From an uncultured Alphaproteobacteria bacterium (GTDB taxonomy: Bacteria; Pseudomonadota; Alphaproteobacteria; UBA8366; JADFVY01): a stretch of 64,000 nt of DNA. Position 1 is the first letter of the stretch; each line of letters opens with the position of its first letter. Both the position numbers and the translations under genes were made by a program. Positions 1-12,138 of the stretch are shown here, in pieces. The notes beneath the pieces were generated by a model. It did no database searches and was not told the DNA's origin. It worked only from the letters and a program-made list of their open reading frames with translations. Location of the stretch: NCBI GenBank assembly GCA_947259795.1, contig CAMYNJ010000139.1:7850-71849 (forward strand), given 5' to 3'.

Positions 1-1
1 C

Positions 2-697
2 CCGCACCTGCCCTTCCTGGCGGCCATGGGGGCATTGGGCTTTACTTCGTTCAACGCGATCTTCTATGTCTCGGCCCATTACACCACCGCGGTGAATATC
101 GGAATTATCCAGGGCTCGATTCCGATGTTCATTCTTTTGGGCGCTTTTGCGGCCTACCGCACGCGGATAACGGGGCTTCAGGCCGCCGGCGTCGTGCTGA
201 CGATGACCGGCGTGGCCATCGTGGGGTCCGGCGGCAGCCTGGCGCGTCTGGCCGCGCTTTCGGTGAATTTCGGCGACGTGCTGATGGTTGCCGCCTGCGT
301 CCTTTACGCCGGCTACACGGTGGGATTACGCAAACGCCCGCCGGTCTCGGCCCTTGGCCTGTTCGCGGTGATGGCGTTCGCCGCCTTCCTGGCCTCGCTG
401 CCACTTGTATTCGCCGAGGTGTCGCTCGGCCGTTTCCTGTGGCCGACGGCGACCGGCTGGATAATTGTTGCCCTGGTCACCCTGTTCCCGTCCTTCCTGG
501 CGCAGATTTTCTTCATCCAGGGCGTGACGCTGATCGGGCCGGGCCGGGCCGGAATTTTCGTGAACCTGGTTCCCGTATTCGCATCGATCCTGGCGGTAAT
601 TCTCCTCAACGAATCATTCGAATTCTTCCATGCGATCGCCCTCGCCCTCGTCCTCGGCGGGATCTGGCTGTCCGAGCGCGGGAAAAGCCAAGGGTGA
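2..697 (+). CDS. EamA/DMT-family transporter, C-terminal part (truncated by window edge)
   Basis: The frame is open from nt 2 with no upstream stop. The protein is very hydrophobic and multi-helical with Gly/Ala-rich TM segments typical of EamA permeases. Only about 223 of the usual 290-300 aa are present. Confidence 0.7.
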   Translation, partial: PHLPFLAAMGALGFTSFNAIFYVSAHYTTAVNIGIIQGSIPMFILLGAFAAYRTRITGLQAAGVVLTMTGVAIVGSGGSLARLAALSVNFGDVLMVAACVLYAGYTVGLRKRPPVSALGLFAVMAFAAFLASLPLVFAEVSLGRFLWPTATGWIIVALVTLFPSFLAQIFFIQGVTLIGPGRAGIFVNLVPVFASILAVILLNESFEFFHAIALALVLGGIWLSERGKSQG

Positions 698-785
698 GCC
701 CCGTCCGCGGGATCAACCGCGCAAGGGCACATGGACCATTTCGGACCGGTTCCCTTGACTTGGCGCGATGCCTCAATGCCCGCGA

Positions 786-3083
786 TCAGTTTTCGGGTGA
801 AGGGGTCTTCAAGGTTTCTTCATCCAGCGTAGCGCGAACCGATGCAGCCAGTTCCGAACGTCTGTAAGGCTTGTTCAGCAGGTTGGCGGACAGCCTGGAG
901 ACGATGTCGCCCTCATCGTCCGCATATTCCTTCTTTTCACTTGTGAACCCGCTGGTCAGCAAGATTTTGAGATCGGGGCGGACCTTGTGAACCGCCAGCG
1001 CGAGTTGATAACCGTCCATACCGCCAGGCATGATGACGTCACAGAACAGCAGGTTGATATGCTGCTTGTCCTTGATTATCTTCAACGCCTGCGCAGGATT
1101 GGTTGCCATGAGGGTTTTGTAGCCGAGCCTTTCAAGATGCGTGGCCGCCAACTCGGCCAGGGCTTCCTCGTCATCCAAGACCAGGATCGTTTCTGAGCCA
1201 CCCGCAAGCTTTTCTTGCATCTTCTTTGTTGTTTGGCGCCCCGTGATATCGCTATGGGCGCGAGGCAGGTAAATACGCACGGTCGTTCCCTTACCGGCTG
1301 TTGAATCGATATTGATATGACCGCCCGAGCGTTGAACGAAGCCATAAACCATGCTGAGGCCCAGCCCGGTCCCCTGGCCTTCCTCCTTGGTAGAGAAGAA
1401 TGGCTCGAACGCTTTTTCCCTCACCTCCGGTGACATGCCAGTCCCGGTATCGCTGACGGATACCATCACAAATTCCCGGGCTTGGCTGGATGCGTTCGGC
1501 CCTGCATGGTTTTCGTCGAGGATACTGTTCGCTGTTTCAATGGTCAGGACACCGCCCCCACTGGACATGGCGTCTCTTGCATTAAGGGCGAGGTTGAGTA
1601 TGGCGTCGTCCAGATCCCCGGGATCAACATCAACTTGCCACAGATCGTCGGCAAGACGGTTTTCGATCTCGATTGATGCGGTCAAAGACTTGGCGATCAG
1701 TTCCCGCATGTTTTCAATGGACCTGTTCACCGATATTTTCTGCCGGCCGAATGGAGTTTGCCGCGAGAACCCAAGCAGTTTCTTGGTGATGTCTTGTCCC
1801 CGGCCAATGCCCCGAAGCGCGGTATCCACCCGTTTCGAAATTGTCGAATCGCCGGCGACCATTTCCCGAATGAGTTCAAGATTGCCCATGACCACGCCGA
1901 GAATGTTGTTGAAATCGTGCGCGATACCGCCGGTCAGTTGACCAACCGCCTCCATTTTTTGAGCACGGCGGAGAGCTTCCTCTGATTTCTTCGTTTCGGT
2001 GATGTCTCGCCCTATGCTCTGAATTGTTTTTACATCGCCATTATCGTCATAGAAAATACTGATATTCCACTCTACAAAACAAACCGAACCATCCCGGCCT
2101 TTCTGACGGTTATTAAGCCGTACGGTATTTTGTTTTGCTGCAATCCAGCTGTGGAATGCCGCACGCGTCGCATCCCTGTCCTCGGGCAAAACGAAGTCAA
2201 AAGCAGGCAGGCCAACGCAATCTTTTGGCGAAATACCAAGAATGCGCCCGGCAACATGGTTGACGAACAGGAACTTGCCGCTACTGTCGACGACCGTAAC
2301 CAGATCCGTTGTTCCTTCAATGAGATCTTTGTATCGCTCTTCACTTTCGCGCAGCACCCTGTCGATTTCCCGGCGCTTGATCATGTGCTGGTTGATGGAT
2401 GTCACCAATATACCCAGCTCATCATGTTCGTGGCCGGCCGGGGTCTCCAGTAAACCCGCATTCTGGATAGCCGGATCAACCTCTCGGAATTTGTTGATGA
2501 GGTTGGTCAAAGGTCTTGTCAGCACGGCTCGAAACAGGATGATGAGGATGGTTGCGAGCAGGATGTTCTGCGCAAACTGAGCCGCGGCATTTATTTTTAT
2601 CCGATTGACGACGCCGCCCGAAAGAAATCCCGGGTCTATTTTTATGGATAGCCGCCCTACGGGTTGAGGGTAATTTTCGTATTGAAGGACGATCGTGCGA
2701 GCCTCCAGATCGGAAAAGAATCTACTTGCCCATTCCCAACCAGTTGCTTGCGTGGTAGGCCGTTCAACGTATGCGAGTTTGCGGCCCTGATCGTCCAGTA
2801 ATTCAGCTTGCGAAATTGCCCCATAGGCCAATAGTCCTGACAAAACCTCTTCAGCCGAAGCAGAGTTCAGCTGGTATGCGGCTCTCGACGCCGAAGGCCG
2901 GATCGCATCAAGAATTTGATTTATAGCGCGCTCGGATCTGGCTTTTTCGTTGTATGCATCAACGATAATTTGTCCTGCACTCATCAGAATGCCAAGCAAG
3001 ACGGCCGCGCCTGCGGCAAGTAATGTCAAGCGAAAACTGATATTATGTTTACCAATTGAAAACATATAAGGTTTCCAGAACAA
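786..3083 (-). CDS. Hybrid sensor histidine kinase/response regulator (TM-periplasmic-TM, HAMP-like, PAS, HisKA, HATPase, REC)
   Basis: H-box QKMEAVGQLTGGIAHDFNNIL. ATPase boxes LNLALNARDAM, DTGTGM and GTGLGLS. C-terminal receiver ILVLDDE...LLFCDVIMPG...LNKPY. Two N-terminal hydrophobic helices flank a segment of about 150 aa. Confidence 0.9.
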   Translation of the reverse strand: MFWKPYMFSIGKHNISFRLTLLAAGAAVLLGILMSAGQIIVDAYNEKARSERAINQILDAIRPSASRAAYQLNSASAEEVLSGLLAYGAISQAELLDDQGRKLAYVERPTTQATGWEWASRFFSDLEARTIVLQYENYPQPVGRLSIKIDPGFLSGGVVNRIKINAAAQFAQNILLATILIILFRAVLTRPLTNLINKFREVDPAIQNAGLLETPAGHEHDELGILVTSINQHMIKRREIDRVLRESEERYKDLIEGTTDLVTVVDSSGKFLFVNHVAGRILGISPKDCVGLPAFDFVLPEDRDATRAAFHSWIAAKQNTVRLNNRQKGRDGSVCFVEWNISIFYDDNGDVKTIQSIGRDITETKKSEEALRRAQKMEAVGQLTGGIAHDFNNILGVVMGNLELIREMVAGDSTISKRVDTALRGIGRGQDITKKLLGFSRQTPFGRQKISVNRSIENMRELIAKSLTASIEIENRLADDLWQVDVDPGDLDDAILNLALNARDAMSSGGGVLTIETANSILDENHAGPNASSQAREFVMVSVSDTGTGMSPEVREKAFEPFFSTKEEGQGTGLGLSMVYGFVQRSGGHINIDSTAGKGTTVRIYLPRAHSDITGRQTTKKMQEKLAGGSETILVLDDEEALAELAATHLERLGYKTLMATNPAQALKIIKDKQHINLLFCDVIMPGGMDGYQLALAVHKVRPDLKILLTSGFTSEKKEYADDEGDIVSRLSANLLNKPYRRSELAASVRATLDEETLKTPSPEN

Positions 3084-3126
3084 CCATCATTGTTATAAAA
3101 AGAGAATTATTCTCATGTATTCTTTA

Positions 3127-3879
3127 CTAAGGAAGTTTTGTGCCGTGCGATCTTAATATCACTTTAAAATCTCTTGATCTTACGAAAGTTTTTATTATTG
3201 GATTTATCGCCTCCAAAAAAAGAAGGGTATGGGGGGACGCATGACATACGATCCCGACATTTGAACTGCCGAGAACGACTGTGGGGTTGAATGACGTGGG
3301 TGCGGCGCCCTGAACATGAAAGGAAGTCAGAATATCGGGAAGCCAGCCTCCGATTGCATCGAGCCGTTTATTCATCAACATCCGTACTTTCGTATCCTGA
3401 TCCGCCACGTACAAAACGTCGGCCGATACGTCGCGAAGCATGCCCTCGAGGTTTGAGCCATTGAGTATGCCGACCCTTTTGCCCGCAAGGTCGCCAAGGC
3501 TCAGGATTGCGGGAGTTCCCGGAGCCATAAAAATATACTGCTTGCTGACAAAGAAAATTTCGCTGTCGATAAGATCGGTACCGGCATCGCCGAACGTTGC
3601 TACAAGCGCCGAGTCAAGCGCCCAGATACAATCGGCTTCACGCTCAAAGAAGAACCTCATCGCCCGTTTGAACGGATAAACCCTGTAATCGTATTGCTGC
3701 CCCGATTGGCGCAACACGGCCGAGAGGATTTCCGCGTACAAACCTTCTCCGCTGGCTGTTTGAAGTCCTGCTCCAATTTCCATTGATACAATCTTGACCG
3801 CATCTGCCCTCGACTCTTCCGGGTTCGCCGAAAAAAGGAGCAGGCTTGCCGCGGCAATGAGCAATCTGGCGATGAGCAT
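3127..3879 (-). CDS. Periplasmic solute-binding-like protein (family 3 SBP fold), likely co-sensor for the adjacent kinase
   Basis: Signal peptide MLIARLLIAAASLLLFSA. Size (about 250 aa) and motifs (YPFKRA, GKRVGILNGS) resemble type-3 ABC substrate-binding proteins. It lies 43 nt upstream of the kinase on the same strand. Start placed at ATG 3879; the longest ORF starts at 3933. Confidence 0.65.
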   Translation of the reverse strand: MLIARLLIAAASLLLFSANPEESRADAVKIVSMEIGAGLQTASGEGLYAEILSAVLRQSGQQYDYRVYPFKRAMRFFFEREADCIWALDSALVATFGDAGTDLIDSEIFFVSKQYIFMAPGTPAILSLGDLAGKRVGILNGSNLEGMLRDVSADVLYVADQDTKVRMLMNKRLDAIGGWLPDILTSFHVQGAAPTSFNPTVVLGSSNVGIVCHASPHTLLFLEAINPIIKTFVRSRDFKVILRSHGTKLP

Positions 3880-4178
3880 TTTCCTGCCCTTTAGAATTGC
3901 TGCGGGTGACCTTGCCGTCCGGCATACAGCCAAAACTGCCCTCTCAAGTATATGTATTCGCCATTTTTAATACGATAGTTGTAATTTGCAACTGCCTATC
4001 TAAGTCTGGCAGTTCCATTCTGCCAAAAGCTGCAACCGAACGGCGGCAACATTCAGGTAAATTGCCGGTCTCCAGGCAGATTCAGCATGCGCGCTCGCGC
4101 TGGGTCTGGTGCTCGGTGGAATCTGGTCGTCGGAACGCGGCAAGGCGGCTTGATTTGCACGCCGAATTTCGCGGTTCC

Positions 4179-5042
4179 CTACTTCCGGCGCGACGGAATC
4201 ACCAGCCGGTTGATCCAGTTGCGGACTTCCGTGCGCCGCACTTCCTCGTTCATAATATCGGCGTCGATGCCCAGCTTCCAGGCGATGTCGTAGCGCGACG
4301 GGTCCTGATGCAGGGTTTCCAGCAGGTCGACATGGGCTTCGCCGTCCTCACGGGTTTGGAAGAAGCCGAGTTCCATCAGCTTGCCGATGCGGCACCAGGT
4401 CAGCCGCGCCATCTCGTGCAGATCATATTCCGGGTGGTACTGCAGGCCCCAGAAGACGCCACCCTGCCAGGTCACGCTGACCGACTGCACCCGGGTGAAA
4501 TGGTTGGAGGCCAGCAGCACCGCCCCCGGCGGCAGGTGGGTGATCTCGTCCACATGGCTGATGAAGGCGTCGAATACACCTGCCTTGCCCTCGTAGAGCG
4601 GATGCGAGCGGCCTTCCGGCGTCAGCGCGATCTTGCGGGCGACGCCCATCTCGCGGCCGCGCGGGTTCGGTGCGCACAGGCCCCCGGCGGCGACAACCGC
4701 GATCTGCGCCGCCCAGCAGCTGCCAAAACTCGGCACGCCGGCACGGAAGGCCTCGCGGCAGAACTCGATCTGGGTATGGACGCGCGGGTCGTCGTCGAAG
4801 ACGGTCAGGCTGCAGCCGGTCCAGGCGATGCCGTCATAGTTTTTCAGTTCCGTGCCCTTGGGCAGCGAGACGCCGGGATCCGACGGGAACAGCACGTCGA
4901 TGTCAGCGGCGCCGCCCGGCGTCGCGCCCTTCAGCATACGGGTATACTGGTCGGCCGCCATGCTGGCGCCACCGGCGACCAACTCGTCGCGGGCCTCCCT
5001 GTTGTAGCCGTCGATTACCAGAAAACGTAGATTATCGGCCAT
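4179..5042 (-). CDS. Class I glutamine amidotransferase-like protein
   Basis: Nucleophile-elbow motif SFGSCWAAQ and the His-Glu motif LQYHPEYD are typical of GATase1/GMP-synthase-like amidotransferase domains. Confidence 0.8.
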   Translation of the reverse strand: MADNLRFLVIDGYNREARDELVAGGASMAADQYTRMLKGATPGGAADIDVLFPSDPGVSLPKGTELKNYDGIAWTGCSLTVFDDDPRVHTQIEFCREAFRAGVPSFGSCWAAQIAVVAAGGLCAPNPRGREMGVARKIALTPEGRSHPLYEGKAGVFDAFISHVDEITHLPPGAVLLASNHFTRVQSVSVTWQGGVFWGLQYHPEYDLHEMARLTWCRIGKLMELGFFQTREDGEAHVDLLETLHQDPSRYDIAWKLGIDADIMNEEVRRTEVRNWINRLVIPSRRK

Positions 5043-5060
5043 TGTCGGGTATCCCTCTTC

Positions 5061-5816
5061 TTAACGCCCGGCCACGCGATCGATGGCCGCGGGCAGTTCG
5101 GCGTGGCTTGCACAGATCGCCTCGGCGCTGGTCGTGTCCTTGTCGTGGGCGCGCTTGGCGATGAACAGGATCGCTTTCATGCCCAGCGCCTGCGGCCCCT
5201 TAACGTCGTTATGGTCGCGGTCGCCGATATGGATCATCTCGGGAATCTCGCACCCCATCTGGCCGGCGGCGGATTCGAACATCGACTTATGCGGCTTGGA
5301 ATGGCCGACCTCGTCGGAAAAGGCGAAGCCGGAAAAATACTGCATCAGCCCGTGAACCTCCAGCAGGTCGCGCAGGCAGCGGCCCGGCGAGACGATGGTG
5401 TCGGAAACGATGCACAGCTTGTAGCGCCCGGCGAGATCTTCCAGAGCTTCTTTCGCGCCGGCGATGGTGTCGGGCGGGATATCGACCTCCATCTCTTCAT
5501 GTTCCTTGACGATCTTCGCGAAGACGTCATCCGGCAGCCTGCGGCCCAGGCCGTTCAGGACGACGTCCAGCCGGTCGGCGATTTCCCAGGTGATGTGCTG
5601 GTCGTGCCAGACCGTGCGGAAGGCGGCGTCGGCGGTGGCGTAGGCCAACTCCACGGCCGCCATGTCGATCGGCTCAACCGCATTCAGTGCCGCCCAGACC
5701 AGATGCCGGCGCTCGTCGAACTTGCTGCGCAGTCCCTGCGCCTTGCGCTTCGGCTCGTCCGATTCGTCGTCGATCAACGTGTCCCAGAGATCGAAGGTAA
5801 TCGCCTTGATCGCCAT
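5061..5816 (-). CDS. HAD-superfamily hydrolase
   Basis: Motif I FDLWDTL (DxD), motif II CIVSDT, and C-terminal IGDRDHNDV (motif IV). Confidence 0.85.
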   Translation of the reverse strand: MAIKAITFDLWDTLIDDESDEPKRKAQGLRSKFDERRHLVWAALNAVEPIDMAAVELAYATADAAFRTVWHDQHITWEIADRLDVVLNGLGRRLPDDVFAKIVKEHEEMEVDIPPDTIAGAKEALEDLAGRYKLCIVSDTIVSPGRCLRDLLEVHGLMQYFSGFAFSDEVGHSKPHKSMFESAAGQMGCEIPEMIHIGDRDHNDVKGPQALGMKAILFIAKRAHDKDTTSAEAICASHAELPAAIDRVAGR

Positions 5817-6021
5817 GCGCCCAGTCTCCTCTTCGATTGGCCGCCGGGACTGTAATGACGCGAATGATAGTGCGCAAGAAAATCAGGAATGAGGCCGCTT
5901 ACGTTCGGCCGTTCGAGGCCGCACGGGTCGGCAAACGTCTTCGCGGCCAGGCCAATTCAGGCGCCGGATCGCATCTTTTACATGGGTGGAGCGATATATT
6001 TGGCGTCTTGTGCGACGGAGG

Positions 6022-6255
6022 TTAGCTGTCGCTGCCGCGCCCGCTCATGCGCATGGCGGCGCCGCGGACCAGGCCGAGATATTGGTCGTCGGATTCGGGA
6101 TAGACCGAAACCACGAATTCCTCGGCCGGCGAATCGTTGGCCGCAAACTGCACCGCGGTGTCGTAGTCGGCTGCCTGGATCTTGCGAATGCGTGTGCGCG
6201 CCGACCCGTCATCGGCCGCATAGATGTAATGCGCGATCCAGGTCTTCTTTTCCAT
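6022..6255 (-). CDS. Small hypothetical protein (about 77 aa)
   Basis: GC3-rich codon usage matches neighbouring genes. No recognisable motif. Start could be 6270 or 6255. Confidence 0.5.
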   Translation of the reverse strand: MEKKTWIAHYIYAADDGSARTRIRKIQAADYDTAVQFAANDSPAEEFVVSVYPESDDQYLGLVRGAAMRMSGRGSDS

Positions 6256-6467
6256 TCCGGATGGTTCCACGAATCCGCCCTGCCCCTGTGGCCCAGTTCG
6301 TTGTCTTAACGATTGTAACCCGATAGGGCAATAAAATGGTTAACGCGCCTCAAAGAAATTAAACTTTTGCCGCGGACCCGCGATATTCGCTTGCATTCGC
6401 CCTGCCATCGGGCATTTTTTCGAGTACACTCCCGGCTAATCGTGATCGAACAACAGGAAACCGACAG

Positions 6468-8312
6468 ATGAATCGTCTCGCCGCCGCAACCGTCACTCTG
6501 CTGCTTTCCACCGCGCTGGCGACAGGCGCCGCCATGGGGGCGGAGGTCTGGAAGGGCCACGGCCTCGCCATGCATGGCGACCTGAAATACCCGGCGGGTT
6601 TTCGGAACTTCGACTACGTCAATCCGGCGGCCCCGAAGGGCGGCGAGGTCAGGCTGGCGGCCTTGGGGAGCTTCGATTCATTCAACGGCTTCATTATCAA
6701 GGGCCAACCGGCCATCGCCCTGGGCCTTATCTACGATTCGCTGATGACGGGCTCCCTCGACGAGCCGTTTTCGGAATATTGCCTGCTCTGCGAGACGGTC
6801 GAGGTGCCGCAAGACCGGTCCTGGGTCGCCTTCACGTTGCGCCCGCAGGCCAGGTGGCATGACGGCAAGCCCATTACGGTCGAGGATGTCATCTGGACCT
6901 TCAATACGCTGCGCGAAAAGGGCGACCCCTTCTACCGCTATTACTACGGCAGTGTGGCGAAGGTCGAGAAAACCGGCGACCGGTCGGTCAGGTTCACCTT
7001 CAAGCCGGGCGAAAACCGCGAGCTGCCGCTGATCATCGGCCAGCTTGCCGTGCTTCCCAAACATTACTGGTCGGGCAAGGACTTCGAGGCGACGACGCTG
7101 GAGCCGCCGCTGGGCAGCGGCGCCTACAGGATCGAATCTTTCGAGGCGGGCCGGTCGATCACCTATGTGCGGGTACCCGACTACTGGGGCGCGCGCCTGC
7201 CAGTCAATGTCGGGTCCAGCAATTTCGACAAGGTCCGCTACGACTACTACCGCGATTCCACGGTAGCGATCGAGGCTTTCAAATCCGGCGCCGCGGACTA
7301 TCGCGATGAGAACTCGTCGCGCCACTGGGCGACCTCCTACGATGTCCCCGCGGTCAGGGACGGCCGCCTGAAAAAGGAGGAAATCCCGCATAAGCGGTCC
7401 GCCGGCATGCAGGGGTTCGTGTTCAACATGCGGCGCGATATTTTCAAGGACCCCGTGGTGCGCCAGGCGCTGGCCTACGGTTTCGATTTCGAATGGTCGA
7501 ACAAGACCCTGTTTTATGGTCAGTACGCGCGCACGCGCAGCTTCTTCCAGAATTCCGAACTGGCGGCGACCGATCTGCCCCAGGGTCGCGAGCGGGAAAT
7601 CCTGGCGAAATTCAAGAATCGTTTGCCGCCGGAGGTTTTCACCAAGGCTTACAGCCTGCCCGTTACCGACGGCTCGGGCAGGAACCGCGAGCAGCTTCGT
7701 TATGCTTTGGCGCTGCTGCAGCAGGCCGGATGGGACATCGACGAGGAGACCCGCAAGCTGACAAACAAGAAGACCGGCAAGGTCATGACGTTCGAGGTTC
7801 TGCTGGTCAGTCCGCTGTTCGAACGAATCGTCCTGCCCTTCAAGAAGAATCTGGCCCGGCTGGGCATCGAAGTGAGGGTGCGCACGGTCGACACGGCCCA
7901 ATATCAGGAACGCCTGAACAATTTCGATTACGATATGATCGTCTTTACCTGGGGGCAATCCATGTCGCCGGGTAACGAGCAGCGCAATTTCTGGGGTTCC
8001 GAGGCCGCGGACCGCAAGGGCAGCCGGAACTTCAGCGGCGTCAAGGACCCTGTCGTCGACGAAATGATCGAAATGGTGATCGCAGCGCCGACCCGCGAAG
8101 AGCTGGTCCAGCGCACCCGTGCGCTAGACCGGGTGTTGCAATGGAACCATATCGTTATCCCGCATTGGCATACGCCCTATGATCGCGTCCTGTACTGGGA
8201 CAAGTTTTCGCGGCCTGCGGTTATTCCCGACAGGGGGGCCAGCCTGTTCACCTGGTGGGTCGATCCGGTGAAAGAAAGGAACCTGGAAGCCAAGGGCCGC
8301 GGCCAGAACTAG
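6468..8312 (+). CDS. yejA: Peptide/microcin C-type ABC transporter, periplasmic substrate-binding protein (family 5)
   Basis: Signal peptide, about 610 aa family-5 SBP, first gene of a four-gene yejABEF-like operon. Confidence 0.8.
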   Translation: MNRLAAATVTLLLSTALATGAAMGAEVWKGHGLAMHGDLKYPAGFRNFDYVNPAAPKGGEVRLAALGSFDSFNGFIIKGQPAIALGLIYDSLMTGSLDEPFSEYCLLCETVEVPQDRSWVAFTLRPQARWHDGKPITVEDVIWTFNTLREKGDPFYRYYYGSVAKVEKTGDRSVRFTFKPGENRELPLIIGQLAVLPKHYWSGKDFEATTLEPPLGSGAYRIESFEAGRSITYVRVPDYWGARLPVNVGSSNFDKVRYDYYRDSTVAIEAFKSGAADYRDENSSRHWATSYDVPAVRDGRLKKEEIPHKRSAGMQGFVFNMRRDIFKDPVVRQALAYGFDFEWSNKTLFYGQYARTRSFFQNSELAATDLPQGREREILAKFKNRLPPEVFTKAYSLPVTDGSGRNREQLRYALALLQQAGWDIDEETRKLTNKKTGKVMTFEVLLVSPLFERIVLPFKKNLARLGIEVRVRTVDTAQYQERLNNFDYDMIVFTWGQSMSPGNEQRNFWGSEAADRKGSRNFSGVKDPVVDEMIEMVIAAPTREELVQRTRALDRVLQWNHIVIPHWHTPYDRVLYWDKFSRPAVIPDRGASLFTWWVDPVKERNLEAKGRGQN

Positions 8313-8333
8313 AGCCGAAGGGGCCGGCCTGCC

Positions 8334-9440
8334 ATGCTCGCCTATATCGTCCGACGCCTCCTGCTGGTGATCCCGACACTGTTCGGAATCATGGTGCTGA
8401 ACTTCGTGATCATCCAGGCCGCGCCGGGCGGGCCGGTCGAGCAGATCATCGCCAGAATTCAGGGCACCGCCGTCGAGGCGACGGCGCGCGTCGGCGGCGA
8501 GGCCGGTAGCGAGGTCGGCGGCGGCAATGGGACGGCCGCGCCGCAGGAAGGCGACAGCGCCTATCGCGGGGCCCAGGGGCTGGACCCGCAATTCATCGCC
8601 GATCTGGAAAAGCAGTTTGGCTTCGACAAGCCGATGCATGAACGGTTTTTCAAGATGATGGGCAATTACCTCACCTTCGATTTTGGCGAGAGCTTCTTCA
8701 GGGACCAGAAGGTGGTCGACCTCGTGATCGACCGCATGCCCGTCTCCATTTCGCTGGGCATCTGGACGACATTGCTGGTGTACCTGATTTCGATTCCGAT
8801 GGGCATCATCAAGGCCGTGCGCGATGGCTCGCGATTCGACGTCTGGACGTCGGGCGTCGTGATCGTCGGCAACGCGGTGCCCTCTTTTCTGTTCGCGATC
8901 ATGCTGATCGTGCTGTTTGCGGGTGGATCCTATTATGACTGGTTCCCCTTACGGGGCCTTACCTCGCCGAATTGGGACGAGCTTTCCTGGCCGGCGCGCA
9001 TCGTCGATTATTTCTGGCATATGGCGCTGCCAGTCCTGGCCATGGTGATCGGCGGGTTTGCGGGCTTGACGATGCTGACCAAGAATTCCTTCATGGATCA
9101 AATTCACCAGCAATATGTCGTCACGGCAAGATCCAAGGGCCTGACCAAGCGGCGTGTGCTCTATGGTCACGTATTCAGGAACGCCATGCTGATCGTGATC
9201 GCGGGATTTCCCTCCGCCTTCATCGGCATATTGTTTACCGGCGCATTGTTGATCGAGGTAATCTTTTCTCTGAACGGGCTTGGTTTGCTTGGTTTCGAGG
9301 CGATTATCCAGCGCGATTATCCCATCATGTTCGGGACGCTCTACTTTTTTACGTTGCTGGGCCTGCTGATGGGTTTGATCGGCGACCTGGCGTATATGTT
9401 CATCGACCCGCGCATCGATTTTGAAAGCCGGGAGGTCTGA
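8334..9440 (+). CDS. yejB: ABC transporter permease YejB-like
   Basis: DppB-type permease carrying the YejB-characteristic insert ending in [10 protein letters not shown]. Confidence 0.8.
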   Translation: MLAYIVRRLLLVIPTLFGIMVLNFVIIQAAPGGPVEQIIARIQGTAVEATARVGGEAGSEVGGGNGTAAPQEGDSAYRGAQGLDPQFIADLEKQFGFDKPMHERFFKMMGNYLTFDFGESFFRDQKVVDLVIDRMPVSISLGIWTTLLVYLISIPMGIIKAVRDGSRFDVWTSGVVIVGNAVPSFLFAIMLIVLFAGGSYYDWFPLRGLTSPNWDELSWPARIVDYFWHMALPVLAMVIGGFAGLTMLTKNSFMDQIHQQYVVTARSKGLTKRRVLYGHVFRNAMLIVIAGFPSAFIGILFTGALLIEVIFSLNGLGLLGFEAIIQRDYPIMFGTLYFFTLLGLLMGLIGDLAYMFIDPRIDFESREV

Positions 9441-10462
9441 GACGCACATGGCGCAAGACCGCTTCCTCTTCATGCCGATCCGCCCGATAACCCGGCGCAG
9501 GCTCAACAATTTCAAGAAAAACCGGCGCGGCTACTGGTCTTTATGGATATTCCTGGCGCTGCTCGTGATCTCGCTGCCGGCGGAATTCATCGCCAACGAC
9601 AAACCACTACTTGTCCGCTACGACGGAGCTTTCTATTTTCCAGTGTTTGTCGCGTATCATGAACGCACATTCGGCGGGTTCTATGCGGAGACCAATTACA
9701 CCGATCCGGTCATTCAAGAGGAAATTGAAGGCAAGGGCTGGATTCTCTGGCCGCTTGTGCCTTACGCCTACAACACTCACGTCGCAGAAACACCGGGTCC
9801 CGCACCATCGCCGCCAACGGTGGATAACTGGCTCGGCACTGACGATAAAGCGCGCGATGTGGTGGCGCGGCTGATTTACGGGTTTCGGATTTCGGTTTTG
9901 TTCGGCCTGATTTTGACCGTGCTTAGTTCCATCGTTGGCGTAGCCGTCGGCGCGGTCCAGGGATTTTTCGGCGGCCTGATCGACCTGATAGGCCAGCGTT
10001 TGATAGAAATATGGGGCGGGATGCCCGTCTTGTATCTGCTTATCATCCTGGCCAGCATCGTAACGCCGAATTTCTGGTGGCTACTCGGCCTTATGTTGCT
10101 GTTTTCATGGACATCGCTGGTTGGTGTGGTGCGGGCGGAATTTCTGCGCGCCCGGAATTTCGACTATGTAAGGGCCGCGCGAGCGCTCGGGGTCTCGAAT
10201 GCCAAGATCATGCAGCGGCATGTCCTGCCCAACGCAATGGTGGCGACGATTACGTTTCTGCCTTTCATCACTGCCGGATCGGTAACCACCCTGACGGCTC
10301 TGGACTTCCTTGGTTTCGGACTGCCGGTCGGCTCGCCTTCGCTTGGCGAATTGCTGAACCAGGCCAAGGACAATCTCCACGCGCCCTGGCTCGGCTTCAC
10401 TGCCTTTTTCGTGATCGCCATCATGCTGTCGCTTCTGGTATTCATCGGCGAGGGCGTGCGCG

Positions 10463-12127
<1,665 letters not shown>

Positions 12128-12138
12128 ACGGAATTTCC

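Noticed and set aside
3990-4014. Inverted repeat AACTGCC-N11-GGCAGTT upstream of the SBP-like gene
   Set aside because: The 7-bp arms and 11-nt loop are too weak for a terminator. No flanking T-run or second copy was seen. I keep it only as a possible operator and do not consider it reportable.
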